Below, one piece after another: positions 1 through 10,021 of a DNA stretch of 29,441 nt; within the stretch, counting starts at the first letter, position 1, and every line of letters starts with the position of its first letter. Source of the DNA: a bacterium (GTDB lineage Bacteria; SZUA-182; DTGQ01); the NCBI GenBank assembly GCA_040752695.1, contig JBFMGO010000079.1:1-29441 (forward strand). The letters are read 5' to 3'. Position numbers and translations under genes: made by a program. Under the pieces are notes generated by a model that ran no database searches, was not told the origin of the DNA, and saw only the letters and a list, made by a program, of their open reading frames with translations.

Positions 1-23
1 AATCTATAAAGTAGATTAAAAAC

Positions 24-59
24 ACTAAAGATTTATTTTATTAATGTACGAAAAGAGAT
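24..59 (+). promoter_or_regulatory. Conserved upstream motif, copy 1 (core TAATGTACGAAAAGAG at 42-57)
   Basis: The exact 16-mer recurs at 3569-3584 and 6672-6687, each upstream of the first gene of a paralog group. The extended 36-nt block ACTAAAGATTTA-TTTA-TAATGTACGAAAAGAGAT also matches 6654-6689. Confidence 0.7.
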
Positions 60-133
60 TAAAAATTACTTCAGGCTTTTCATGAGCAACTCGGTATGCA
101 CCATAAGAAGAACAGGAGGATAAGGGGAACAAT

Positions 134-1744
134 ATGAAAAAAGTCATAAAGACACTTGCCATAAGGACACTCATAGCAGGCGGCATAGCAGCCGGTCTAT
201 TGATTTTTTCTCTCTGCCATTATGTCGGTGCGGAAGAATGGGAAGAGGTAGTGCCTAATGGATTCGGCGAACCGAGTAATGACTATGCCTGGAGTATGGC
301 GACTTTCCGAGGGAAATTATACGTAGGGACACTCAATTCCAACAGAGGTGCAGAAATCTGGAGCAGCAGTAGTGGAGAGGTGGACACCTGGGAGCGTGTA
401 TACAATACATTGACTACATCAAATCTGGGAATACGCTGTATGTACGCAGATGAAGATCGGTTTCTCTACGCATGTACATCCAATGTAGCGGGGACAGAAG
501 TTATGAGGACCGAAGATGGATACAGGTGGACCACGGTGGGGAGAAAAGGGTTGGGTGATATGCGAAACAGCAGCATCCGGTGTATACTCAGATTCGGCGA
601 GTACTTGTATGCGGGAACAGGGAGCAAGATGGCCAAACTTTACCGCAGCAAGGATGGATCAGCATGGGAACTGATCGATGCCCAGCCGGGATTTGAAACC
701 ACCATTGTCAATTATCCCAGAACACGCATTGGGGTCACCAACAATATCCTGATCGGAGAATTGGCGGTTTTCAAGAATCAACTCTACGCTTTCACATGGA
801 CTGACGATTTTACCGCGATCAGAGGCCCTTTTTCACGGAGCATGCCCAAGGACCCGTTTCTGAGAGCTCCGAACAAAACCTCGGTGGTTCAGAATTCTGA
901 TGATGGTAATCTGGTTGAAAGCATATACGGGATCTGGACCCGAAGGTCAACCAAGCCTGAGTTTTCCCGCGCTCCTGGCGCCTTTGAGGTATGGCGAAGC
1001 TCTGATGGCCTAAACTGGGAAAAGGTAGTAGGCCAGGATGACGCTTATGGTAATGGAATGGGCTTCAGCGGTCATGATCCCGAAAATCTGGCGAATGATC
1101 TTGTTACCTCGGTGGCTGTTTTTAACGAAAAATTATACCTGGGAACCATGAATGGTGATGGGAAGACAAGCGTCTGGAGAACATCCAATGGGACCAGTTG
1201 GGAAAAGGTCCTTGATTTTTTCAAGATGGGAGAAGAGTACAATTTTTATATCTGGCGCATGATTCCTTTTAACGGCAGACTCTTTATCGGCACCATGAAT
1301 ATGGGTTCTGAACATGATCCCGGCGTAACCGGCGCACAAATATGGGCATCGGATTCTGGTGATGCAGATTCGTTTTACTGTCTTGTTCATAACGGATTTG
1401 GCAGCGGAAGCATAAGAGTTGCCGGCATAAGCATGCCGAAAAATTATGGCATTCGTTCCTTCGGTATTCTCAACAACACCCTTTTTGTAGGTACGGCAAC
1501 CATGCTCAGCATAGCCATGCCGGGACCGCCGTTTGGGGTATCTATTGCAGGCAGAAAAACTGGGTGTGAAATTTGGAAATTATCGGAAAATGACCAGTAT
1601 TCGAGCGTCCCCAGTTCGCTTCCAGTCCCGACTGGAGATAGTCAGCTTCCAGTGGAAGGTAACCAGTCCCCTGCCGGCAGACGTGGCACTGGGGATCACT
1701 CTTTCTGGTGGAGGGTGTCAGGCACAAAATCGGTAAAACAATAA
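134..1744 (+). CDS. Secreted Asp-box/BNR-type beta-propeller protein, paralog 1 (longest variable insert, C-terminal extension)
   Basis: 536-aa ORF with RBS AGGGG. Signal peptide MKKVIK...VGA|EEW, repeated LYxGT...IW(R)SxDGxxW blades, conserved GCEIW near the end. Confidence 0.85.
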   Translation: MKKVIKTLAIRTLIAGGIAAGLLIFSLCHYVGAEEWEEVVPNGFGEPSNDYAWSMATFRGKLYVGTLNSNRGAEIWSSSSGEVDTWERVYNTLTTSNLGIRCMYADEDRFLYACTSNVAGTEVMRTEDGYRWTTVGRKGLGDMRNSSIRCILRFGEYLYAGTGSKMAKLYRSKDGSAWELIDAQPGFETTIVNYPRTRIGVTNNILIGELAVFKNQLYAFTWTDDFTAIRGPFSRSMPKDPFLRAPNKTSVVQNSDDGNLVESIYGIWTRRSTKPEFSRAPGAFEVWRSSDGLNWEKVVGQDDAYGNGMGFSGHDPENLANDLVTSVAVFNEKLYLGTMNGDGKTSVWRTSNGTSWEKVLDFFKMGEEYNFYIWRMIPFNGRLFIGTMNMGSEHDPGVTGAQIWASDSGDADSFYCLVHNGFGSGSIRVAGISMPKNYGIRSFGILNNTLFVGTATMLSIAMPGPPFGVSIAGRKTGCEIWKLSENDQYSSVPSSLPVPTGDSQLPVEGNQSPAGRRGTGDHSFWWRVSGTKSVKQ

Positions 1745-1755
1745 GGAGAAGTTAC

Positions 1756-3111
1756 ATGAAAAAAGTTATCAATCTACTCATCATGATCAGCTTTCTGGTT
1801 CTTTCGATGAATCATTATACCATTGCAGAGCAGTGGGAAAAGGTAGCTGATAAAGGATTCGATGACCCAACGAATGATTATGCCTGGAGTATGACGACTT
1901 TTAAAGGAAAACTCTATGTCGGAACATTGAACTTTTTACGAGGGGCTGAAATATGGAGCAGCAGCAGCGGGAACCAGGATAGCTGGGACAGGGTCTACAA
2001 TGCACTCTCCCCTCTATCCAATGCCGGTGTGCGGAGCCTATATGCTGATGGCAATCAGGCCATCTATGCCTGTACTTTCAATACCAGCGGGGCTGAAATT
2101 TTGAGGTCAGTGAATGGCCGCTTATGGACTCAAGTAAAGAAAAACCGGAGAGCCAGCGGCCAGAAGGACGATACCGTCCGATGTATGGTCCGGTTTGGAG
2201 AATATCTGTACGGCGGAGCGGGGAGTAAAGGGGCCCAACTGTATAGAAGTAAAAACGGAATAATCTGGCAACTGGTCAAAACCAATCCGGGCTTCGATTC
2301 TACCAAGATTCCTGATCCGAATACCGGTGAACTGATTACCAATAATATTCTGATAGGAGAAGTGGCCGTTTTTAAAGGCAAACTTTACGCTTTCACCTGG
2401 ACCAGAGACCTCGACATCCGAAACCTGGCCGGGCAGGATAACCGGGACATCTCCACGCTCATTCCCGATTCTCCGGGAGCCTTTGAAGTATGGCGGAGCG
2501 AGGATGGAACAAACTGGGAAAAGGTGGTGGGTCTGGATGACCCTTATGGCAATGGGATGGGCTTTAGTCTCCACAATTCGGGAAGCTTGGTCAATGATGC
2601 AGTCACTTCAGTGACTATTTTCGATGGGCAATTATACCTGGGGACCCAGAATAATGCTGGAAACAGCAGTATCTGGAGGAGCAAGGAAGGGACACAATGG
2701 GAAGAGGTGTTGAATTTTTTCAGTCTGGGGGAGAGATACAACTACTATGTATGGCGCATGATCCCCTTTGATGACAAACTGTATATCAGTACCATGAACC
2801 TGTCTCTGGGAAACAATCCGTTTATGGTTGATAAAGCGACCGGCGCTCAGATCTGGATTTCTTCTTCAGGCGATGCCGGTACCTTTTATAACCTCGTCCA
2901 TAATGGCTTTGATGGCGAAACCTTGATTTTCAAAGGCAAAGAAATTCCTAAGAACTATGGCGTCCGCTCCTTTGCCGTCCTGAACGATACCCTGTTTGCA
3001 GGTACAGCAACCGTAGCCAGTTTTCCCGTGCCAAAAGAGGACGACCCGGAGCATAGAACCATTGCTGGCAAGGATGTCGGATGTGAAATCTGGAAATTGA
3101 TTCGGCCTTAG
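1756..3111 (+). CDS. Secreted beta-propeller protein, paralog 2
   Basis: Start moved to ATG 1756 because AAGGAG precedes it and MKKVIN matches the paralog signal peptides. Same blade motifs. Confidence 0.85.
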   Translation: MKKVINLLIMISFLVLSMNHYTIAEQWEKVADKGFDDPTNDYAWSMTTFKGKLYVGTLNFLRGAEIWSSSSGNQDSWDRVYNALSPLSNAGVRSLYADGNQAIYACTFNTSGAEILRSVNGRLWTQVKKNRRASGQKDDTVRCMVRFGEYLYGGAGSKGAQLYRSKNGIIWQLVKTNPGFDSTKIPDPNTGELITNNILIGEVAVFKGKLYAFTWTRDLDIRNLAGQDNRDISTLIPDSPGAFEVWRSEDGTNWEKVVGLDDPYGNGMGFSLHNSGSLVNDAVTSVTIFDGQLYLGTQNNAGNSSIWRSKEGTQWEEVLNFFSLGERYNYYVWRMIPFDDKLYISTMNLSLGNNPFMVDKATGAQIWISSSGDAGTFYNLVHNGFDGETLIFKGKEIPKNYGVRSFAVLNDTLFAGTATVASFPVPKEDDPEHRTIAGKDVGCEIWKLIRP

Positions 3112-3320
3112 AGGCAGGAGGATTGGAGAGGGAATCGGTCCATGTTTATATATTAAGAACGAATCCCCCACAGGGGGAACAGAAAGAACAATAACATAGA
3201 GGAAAGAGGGTATATCTTGCGTTTTTCTTTGTCCTCTTTGTAGTGATTTGCATTTGATAAAACTACAGGCCCCCGCCAACCCGCTGTGAGGCACCATCCC
3301 TTTTTCCCAAGGCACCTATC

Positions 3321-3410
3321 ACTCCTCCTTTCATAAAGGGGGCTTGTGGGAGTAACAGAAGAACACACCTCACTCCCCCTTTTGTAAAAGGGGGCTTGGG
3401 GGTGGATTTT
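3321..3410. repeat. Pair of CCCCCTTT-N-AAAGGGGG-type palindromic (REP-like) repeats
   Basis: ACTCCTCCTTTCATAAAGGGGGCTTG and ACTCCCCCTTTTGTAAAAGGGGGCTTG. A related AAATCCCCCC...GGGGGGATTT inverted repeat lies near 27690-27737. Confidence 0.5.
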
Positions 3411-3568
3411 CCACATCTGCAGCATATACAATAGAATACCGCTCTTATCCTCCGTGGAGAGTAGTGTTTTCATCATTCCGGCGGGCTCAACGGATTTAAA
3501 AAACCCTTAATTCCTTAAATTATATAAGTTATATAAATTACATAAAAACCACTCGAACTAAATTCAAT

Positions 3569-3584
3569 TAATGTACGAAAAGAG
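3569..3584 (+). promoter_or_regulatory. Conserved upstream motif, copy 2
   Basis: Exact TAATGTACGAAAAGAG, 59 nt upstream of the ATG at 3644. Confidence 0.7.
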
Positions 3585-3643
3585 GTAAAAATCTATGTAT
3601 CATTATTTCATAATTAATTTAATATTCAAGCAAGGGGTGTCAG

Positions 3644-5002
3644 ATGAAAAAGGTTTTTAGATCACTTGTCATAAGCGGTCTTTTAGCTCTCTCTTTGTGC
3701 CATTATTCCAGTGCAGAACATTGGGAAAAGGTTGCCGGCAACGGTTTTGGCGAGTCGAGTAACGATTACGCCTGGAGCATGTGTACGTTCCAAAAGAAAC
3801 TGTATGTCGGGACACTGAATACACTGAGGGGAGGTGAAATCTGGTGCAGCGCTACGGGTGTGGAAGGGAGCTGGAAGAAGGTTTACGATAGCCGACATAA
3901 TGGCAATCTCGGGATACGCAACCTGTACAGCGAGGATGACAAGGCGCTTTTTGCCTGCACGGTAAGCTCCAAAGGGGCTGATATTTTACGGACAACCAAT
4001 GGTCAGAAGTGGACTGCGGTTGTAAAAGGATCTGAGAGCCGGGATGCCCCTGCCTTACGATGCATCACCCGCTTTGGAGAATATCTCTATGCAGGAGCGG
4101 GAAGCGGTATAGGGGCCCAGTTGTACCGGAGCAAGGACGGATTGAATTGGAGCCTGGTAGAGACAAAACCGGCCTTTACATCGACCATGGTATACGATCC
4201 CAATATTGGTATTAAGGTAAGAAACAACACCATGATTGGAGAACTGTCGGTTTTTCGTAATCAGCTCTATGCATTTACCTGGAGCCGGGTGTTCCAGTAT
4301 CAGGACGTGGTTGAACGCATGCTCGGCTGTGAGATGGACCGGGTCAGGGAGCGTCCCTTATCTTCTTCCTCCCCCGGGGCCTTTGAGGTATGGCGAAGCT
4401 CGAATGGTTTAAACTGGGAGAAGGTGGTAGGTCTGGACGATCCTTACGGCAATGGGATGGGCTTTTGTAATAAAGATCCGTTCGGACTGACCAATGATGT
4501 TGTCACTTCGAGCCTGGTTTTCAAAGGGCAATTGTACCTGGGAACAATGAACGATAATGCACATAGCGCCATCTGGAAGACATCTGATGGGACACACTGG
4601 ACCAAGGTTTTAGACTTTTTCGATCTGGGAGAGACGGGCAATTACTACGTATGGCGCATGGTCGAGTTTCAGGACAAGCTGTTTATCGGCACCATGAATG
4701 TCGGACCGGCAGCGGATCCTGGTGTAACCGGTGGCCAGATCTGGGCATCTGAGGCCGGAGATCCCGGCACGTTTTATAACCTTGTCCACAACGGTTTTGA
4801 TGGTGAAACCTGGACCAATGGTACAACTATAGAGATACCGAAAAATATCGGCATCCGCACCTTCGGCGTCTTCAATAACGCCCTGTATGCAGGTACTGCA
4901 ACCATAATCAGCGCCGTGATACCGAAGGAAGACGGTTCGGATGATCGAAGGATCATTGCAGGTAACGATATCGGATGTGAAATCTGGAGGATGAAACCAT
5001 AA
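3644..5002 (+). CDS. Secreted beta-propeller protein, paralog 3
   Basis: 452 aa, RBS AAGGGG, signal peptide ending SSA|EHW, same blade motifs. Confidence 0.85.
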   Translation: MKKVFRSLVISGLLALSLCHYSSAEHWEKVAGNGFGESSNDYAWSMCTFQKKLYVGTLNTLRGGEIWCSATGVEGSWKKVYDSRHNGNLGIRNLYSEDDKALFACTVSSKGADILRTTNGQKWTAVVKGSESRDAPALRCITRFGEYLYAGAGSGIGAQLYRSKDGLNWSLVETKPAFTSTMVYDPNIGIKVRNNTMIGELSVFRNQLYAFTWSRVFQYQDVVERMLGCEMDRVRERPLSSSSPGAFEVWRSSNGLNWEKVVGLDDPYGNGMGFCNKDPFGLTNDVVTSSLVFKGQLYLGTMNDNAHSAIWKTSDGTHWTKVLDFFDLGETGNYYVWRMVEFQDKLFIGTMNVGPAADPGVTGGQIWASEAGDPGTFYNLVHNGFDGETWTNGTTIEIPKNIGIRTFGVFNNALYAGTATIISAVIPKEDGSDDRRIIAGNDIGCEIWRMKP

Positions 5003-5053
5003 ATGGTATCGCTGGGCTGGATACGATACCGGAAAGGGATGGAGGAAAGCGTC

Positions 5054-6421
5054 ATGAAAAAGCCTGTTCAATTATGCATTCTCATTATCCTGCTGGTTCT
5101 TTTCCTGAGCCAATACTCGGCTGCCGAGCACTGGGAAAAAGTCGTCAGCAACGGTTTTGGTGATCCGGCCAATGATTATGCCTGGAGTATGAAGCCATTC
5201 AAGGGGAAACTGTATATCGGGACAATCAATTGGCTGAAAGGAGGGGAAATCTGGTGCAGTCCAACCGGGGAAGCAGGGGATTGGCAAAGGGTTTACAGTG
5301 CGCGCTCGCGAACTATGGCTGGGATACGTAATCTGTACAACGATAATGACAAGGCTCTCTATGCCTGCACCGCGGATACTACCGGAGCGGAGATTCTCAG
5401 GACCACCGATGGCCGGAGGTGGAGCACGGTTAAACGAGGAGGTGAAAACCGGGACAATATCGCTTTCCGTGGTATAACACGGTTTGGTGAATACCTCTAT
5501 GCAGGCGGAGGAGAGATCAAGGCCCAGCTTTACCGAAGCAACAATGGATTGAATTGGGATCGAGTCGACACCAGGTCTAACTTTGAATCGACCAAGGTTC
5601 TCGATCCGAATACCGGTGAAATGATCACCAATAATATCATGATTGGAGAACTGGCAGTTTTTCGCGATCAACTCTATGCCTTCACCTGGACCGGGGGAGT
5701 CGACTACCGGGTCATAATTGAGAGGGCCTTCGGGTATGAGAAGATAGACATGCCCAGCCGCAGCCGCAGTCAGGCTTCCGCCTCACCCGGTGCCTTTGAG
5801 GTGTGGCGAAGCAGTAACGGCCTGGAATGGGAAAAGGTGGTGGGCAAGGATGATCCTTATGGCAATGGGATGGGTTTTTGCCTTCGTGATCCCGAAGGTC
5901 TGGCCAATGTAGGAGTCACCTCAGTTCTCACTTACAAGGGACAATTATATGTAGGGACCGCCAATGATCATACTCACTGCAGCATCTGGAGGACGTCCGA
6001 TGGGACCCGATGGACAAAGGTAGTGAATTTTTTTGACCTGGGAGAGAAGGCCGATTACTATGTTTGGCGTATGATCGAGTTTCAGGACAGGCTCTTTGCA
6101 GGCGTTATGAACATGGGGCCGTCAGCGGACCCGGCCATAACCGGAGCCCAGATCTGGGCTTCGGATTCCGGCGATCCCGGCACCTTTTACAACCTCGTAC
6201 ACAACGGCTTTGACGGCGAAACATGGTCTGATGGTGCAGGTATTGAGATACCAAAAAATGGCGGAGTTCGCTCGTTCGGAATTTTCAACGGCACCCTATA
6301 TGCCGGCACGGCAACCATACTCAGCGTCCTGATCCCCCAGGAGAAACTGGACGGCTCGGAGGGAAGAATAAGCATTGCAGGCAAAGACATCGGATGTGAA
6401 GTCTGGAAACTGGTTCAGTAA
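5054..6421 (+). CDS. Secreted beta-propeller protein, paralog 4
   Basis: Start moved to ATG 5054 (GGAGG at 5041-5045; MKKPVQ signal peptide ending SAA|EHW). Confidence 0.85.
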   Translation: MKKPVQLCILIILLVLFLSQYSAAEHWEKVVSNGFGDPANDYAWSMKPFKGKLYIGTINWLKGGEIWCSPTGEAGDWQRVYSARSRTMAGIRNLYNDNDKALYACTADTTGAEILRTTDGRRWSTVKRGGENRDNIAFRGITRFGEYLYAGGGEIKAQLYRSNNGLNWDRVDTRSNFESTKVLDPNTGEMITNNIMIGELAVFRDQLYAFTWTGGVDYRVIIERAFGYEKIDMPSRSRSQASASPGAFEVWRSSNGLEWEKVVGKDDPYGNGMGFCLRDPEGLANVGVTSVLTYKGQLYVGTANDHTHCSIWRTSDGTRWTKVVNFFDLGEKADYYVWRMIEFQDRLFAGVMNMGPSADPAITGAQIWASDSGDPGTFYNLVHNGFDGETWSDGAGIEIPKNGGVRSFGIFNGTLYAGTATILSVLIPQEKLDGSEGRISIAGKDIGCEVWKLVQ

Positions 6422-6437
6422 GGCAAAATAAGTCCGG

Positions 6438-6462
6438 TTCTTCCTCATAAAATGAGGAAGAA
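6438..6462 (+). terminator. Stem-loop after paralog 4 (possible terminator)
   Basis: Perfect 11-bp inverted repeat TTCTTCCTCAT-AAA-ATGAGGAAGAA just after the stop, without a clear U-tract. Confidence 0.45.
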
Positions 6463-6653
6463 ACAGCTCGATACGCTCAATCCGATACGCTCGATGTGTC
6501 CACTTATGGGTTCACTCTGTTCAAGACATCAAAGACTCAAATGAGGGATTAGAAATTTTCTCTCTTTTCTAGTCCCTCCCTTCACCCTATCAATACCTCA
6601 TGGTTTTCGACGCCAGGGCAGAGTCATTGAAAACCAAAAAAATGATAAATATG

Positions 6654-6689
6654 ACTAAAGATTTAATTTACTAATGTACGAAAAGAGAT
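6654..6689 (+). promoter_or_regulatory. Conserved upstream motif, copy 3 (core 6672-6687)
   Basis: ACTAAAGATTTAATTTACTAATGTACGAAAAGAGAT, near-identical to 24-59. Confidence 0.7.
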
Positions 6690-6754
6690 GTAAAGCTGCT
6701 CTTATTATGGAGATGCTGAAGGAATGTCCTGTCAATCGAATCTGATGGGTAACC

Positions 6755-6808
6755 GGATTCTAAGCTCCCTGCTTAGCCTTTTCAGGACAGGCTTCGCTTA
6801 GAACGACG
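6755..6808. repeat. Partial REP-like element (right half of the 11728-11830 element)
   Basis: GGATTCTAAGCTCCC...CAGGACAGGCT-CGCT-AGAA-GACG matches 11775-11830. Confidence 0.65.
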
Positions 6809-6961
6809 TGGGGAGAGGTTACGACAGTCATTACTTTATCCATATCCATCATTACCTTATCCATCAATCGGGGCTTGATCGGGCAGCAGTTACAATCGTT
6901 GAAAAGCGCTCCCTAATCATGCAAGGTAAATCAATCTTGGAGGGGAAGGACATTACATTCT

Positions 6962-8422
6962 ATGAGGAAAAATTCTAAACCGCTCATCCTGGCCGCGCTT
7001 CTCGTTCTTTTCCTCTATCATCGTTCTCATGCGGAAAACTGGGAGAAAGTTGCTGACAAAGGATTCGGCGATCCAGGCAACGACTACGCCTGGAGTATGG
7101 AAACGTTTCGGGGAAAGTTATATGTCGGAACGCTCAACTCCATGAAAGGCGCGCAGATCTGGCGCAGCGGCACAGGAGGTTCTCGCGGGTGGGAGCGGGT
7201 ATATCATGCTTCGACCGTTTCCAATTCGGGGATACGCTGCCTTTACCGTGATGGTGATCGAGCCTTATACGCCGGCACCTTCAACAGCCTCGGAGGTCAG
7301 ATCCTCAGAACCGCGAACGGAAAGACATGGGTTTGTGTCGGCAGGTCGGGATTGGAAGATGCAAGAAATACCAGTATCCGCTGTATCGTTCGGTTCGGAG
7401 AGTATTTGTATGCAGGAACGGGGAGCAGCGGGGCTCAGAGCGGTCAGTCCACAGTCCTCCCCCAGAAGCCATATGGAGCACAAATCTATCGAAGTCGGAA
7501 CGGCTTTGTCTGGGAACTGGTCGAGACAGAGCCGGATTTCAGGTCCACCAGGGTTTTTGATCCGCAGAAAAGTGCATGGGTTACCAACAATATTTCCATC
7601 GGAGAATTGGAGGTTTTTAACGGTATGCTCTATGCCTTTACCTGGACACAGGATGTAACGGTCCAGACGGAAGCCGGTTTATTGAATATATCCGAATCGA
7701 TGATTCCACAGATGAATGGAGCGCCTTTTCCTGACCCTCCCGGTGCCTTCGAGGTATGGCGAAGCAGGGACGGGGTCAAGTGGGAAAAAGTGGTGGGACT
7801 GGATGATTCTTATGGAAACGGCATGGGATTTAACCTGAAAGACCCTGATCCTGATGCGATGAAGAACAATGTAGCCATGTCAGGCGCTGTTTACCAGGGG
7901 AAATTATACCTGGGGACGGAAAACACCACAGGCAAGACTGCAGTCTGGAGAACCGCTGACGGCACGCAATGGGAAAAGGTTCTCGATTTCCATACGTTGA
8001 AAGAAAGTTCCAATTTTTATGTCTGGCGCATGATGTCGTTCAAGGACAGACTGTTTGTGGGTACCATGAATATGGGCAACACCGAAGACCCTGGAGTAAC
8101 CGGTGGTCAGATCTGGGTTTCCCGCTCCGGTGACGCTGATACATTCTACAACCTCGTCCACAATGGATTTGATGGAAAAACAGTGCCTTTTGGGGATATA
8201 CATATGCCCAAAAATTATGGCATACGAGTCTTTGGTATCCTTAATGATACCCTGTTCGCAGGCACTGCGACCATACTCAGTTTTCCAGCTCCACAACCGG
8301 CCAGACCGTGGGCAATAACGATTGCCGGCAAGGATGTCGGGTGTGAAGTATGGAAACTGATTTCCGCAGCCGATTCTTCAGATTCTGGCCAGAGAAGTAC
8401 AGAGGGTTCGGAGCTATTTTAA
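6962..8422 (+). CDS. Secreted beta-propeller protein, paralog 5
   Basis: 486 aa, signal peptide ending SHA|ENW, extra insert SGQSTVLPQKPY in blade 3, short C-terminal tail. Confidence 0.85.
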   Translation: MRKNSKPLILAALLVLFLYHRSHAENWEKVADKGFGDPGNDYAWSMETFRGKLYVGTLNSMKGAQIWRSGTGGSRGWERVYHASTVSNSGIRCLYRDGDRALYAGTFNSLGGQILRTANGKTWVCVGRSGLEDARNTSIRCIVRFGEYLYAGTGSSGAQSGQSTVLPQKPYGAQIYRSRNGFVWELVETEPDFRSTRVFDPQKSAWVTNNISIGELEVFNGMLYAFTWTQDVTVQTEAGLLNISESMIPQMNGAPFPDPPGAFEVWRSRDGVKWEKVVGLDDSYGNGMGFNLKDPDPDAMKNNVAMSGAVYQGKLYLGTENTTGKTAVWRTADGTQWEKVLDFHTLKESSNFYVWRMMSFKDRLFVGTMNMGNTEDPGVTGGQIWVSRSGDADTFYNLVHNGFDGKTVPFGDIHMPKNYGIRVFGILNDTLFAGTATILSFPAPQPARPWAITIAGKDVGCEVWKLISAADSSDSGQRSTEGSELF

Positions 8423-8552
8423 CATAATTTATTTGCCTCAGGTAACGGCTATAATTTCCCAAGGATTTCAGTCTTGTATCACGGTAAGGGAGGAGATGTA
8501 AAACTTTCTAAGTAACCCATAATAAAAGTAACCACTAACTAAGGAGAATTGC

Positions 8553-9908
8553 ATGAAAAAAGCTATTCAGTCGTTTGTTATGGTTATTCTTCTGGTTCTC
8601 TCTCTCGGCCGGGGCGCTGGCGCAGAATACTGGGAGAGAGTCGCTGAAAATGGATTTGGTGATTCATCCAACGATTATGCCTGGTGCATGGAGACATTTC
8701 AAGACAGTTTATATGTCGGAACGCTCAATACTCTGAAAGGAGGAGAGATCTGGAGAAGCAACAGCGGAAATCCGGACAGTTGGCAGAAAGTCTACAGCTC
8801 GCCCACCTCTGTCTTCGGAAATGCCGGAGTGCGCTGCTTATATGATGACGATGGTCAGGCCATGTATGCCTGCACCTTAAACTCACTTGGGGCCGAAATC
8901 CTGAGAACGACTGACGGGGAAAGGTGGTCCGTCGTAAAAAAGGGAATCGGAAGGCGATGGAATACTACGTTTCGCTGTATGACCCGTTTTAATGATTATC
9001 TTTACGTAGGTGCTGGAGGGTACAAGGCCCAATTGTATAGAAGCAAGAATGGATTGAATTGGGAATTGGTCAAGACCAATCCGAGTTTTCAATCGACCAG
9101 AATCTATGATCCGCAAGCGAAAATCATGACTTCCAATAATACCATGATTGGGGAACTGATGGTTTTTAAGGATCAACTCTATGCCTTCACCTGGACCAAA
9201 GAGGCCAGATACCGTGATCTGGCAACGCACGTGTTTGACTACAGTGTAGACAGACCCACCTTGAATTCCAATTCTCCCGGTGCTTTTGAAGTATGGCGCA
9301 GCAGTGATGGAGTAAATTGGGAAAAGGTGGTGGGAAAAGATGATTCCTACGGCAACGGGATGGGCTTTTGCCTGAAAGATCCTGAAGGACTGTCCAATGA
9401 CGAAGTCACTTCAACCGTTGTTTTCGAGGGGAAATTATACCTTGGAACCCAGAATTCCGATGGAGACTGCTCTATCTGGAGGACATCCGATGGAACGCAA
9501 TGGACAAAGGTCCTCGATTTCCACGATCTGGGTGAAAGCTTTAATTATTACATCTGGCGCATGATTTCCTTCCAGGACAGGCTATATATCGGCGTCATGA
9601 ATGTGGGCCCCATGTCTGAGCCCGGAGTGACCGGAGCCCAGGTCTGGGCATCGGATTCGGGTAATCAGGGCACTTTTTATAATCTTGTCCACAACGGCTT
9701 TGATGGAGAAACATGGAAAGACGGCTCAGGCAGGGAGATACCAAAAAACACCGGAGTCCGCACATTCGGTGTTCTGCATAATACTCTCTATGCAGGCACT
9801 GCCGTCATTCCCAGCGTCCTGGTTCCCAGATCTTCCGGCTTCAACCCCCGCCAGGCACTCATTGCTGGAAGAAACATCGGATGTGAAATCTGGAGGCTGA
9901 TCCAGTAG
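8553..9908 (+). CDS. Secreted beta-propeller protein, paralog 6
   Basis: 451 aa, RBS AAGGAG, signal peptide ending AGA|EYW. Confidence 0.85.
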   Translation: MKKAIQSFVMVILLVLSLGRGAGAEYWERVAENGFGDSSNDYAWCMETFQDSLYVGTLNTLKGGEIWRSNSGNPDSWQKVYSSPTSVFGNAGVRCLYDDDGQAMYACTLNSLGAEILRTTDGERWSVVKKGIGRRWNTTFRCMTRFNDYLYVGAGGYKAQLYRSKNGLNWELVKTNPSFQSTRIYDPQAKIMTSNNTMIGELMVFKDQLYAFTWTKEARYRDLATHVFDYSVDRPTLNSNSPGAFEVWRSSDGVNWEKVVGKDDSYGNGMGFCLKDPEGLSNDEVTSTVVFEGKLYLGTQNSDGDCSIWRTSDGTQWTKVLDFHDLGESFNYYIWRMISFQDRLYIGVMNVGPMSEPGVTGAQVWASDSGNQGTFYNLVHNGFDGETWKDGSGREIPKNTGVRTFGVLHNTLYAGTAVIPSVLVPRSSGFNPRQALIAGRNIGCEIWRLIQ

Positions 9909-9950
9909 TCAAGGACATTTTGGAGGCTGATTCGGCAGTCAAGGATATCT
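9891..9950 (+). repeat. 30-nt tandem duplication spanning the stop codon of paralog 6
   Basis: TGGAGGCTGATCCAGTAGTCAAGGACATTT / TGGAGGCTGATTCGGCAGTCAAGGATATCT. Confidence 0.8.
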
Positions 9951-10021
9951 CAATAAAAGATGATTGCCGATCGCTGGTCTTTTACTCATGTGACACCTTA
10001 GAATGAGGGAGGATGACTGCT

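Noticed and set aside
24..57. Sigma28 (TAAA-N15-GCCGATAA) reading of the conserved motif
   Set aside because: Spacing is 2 nt too long, the -10 match is poor, and copy 2 lacks a correctly placed TAAA.
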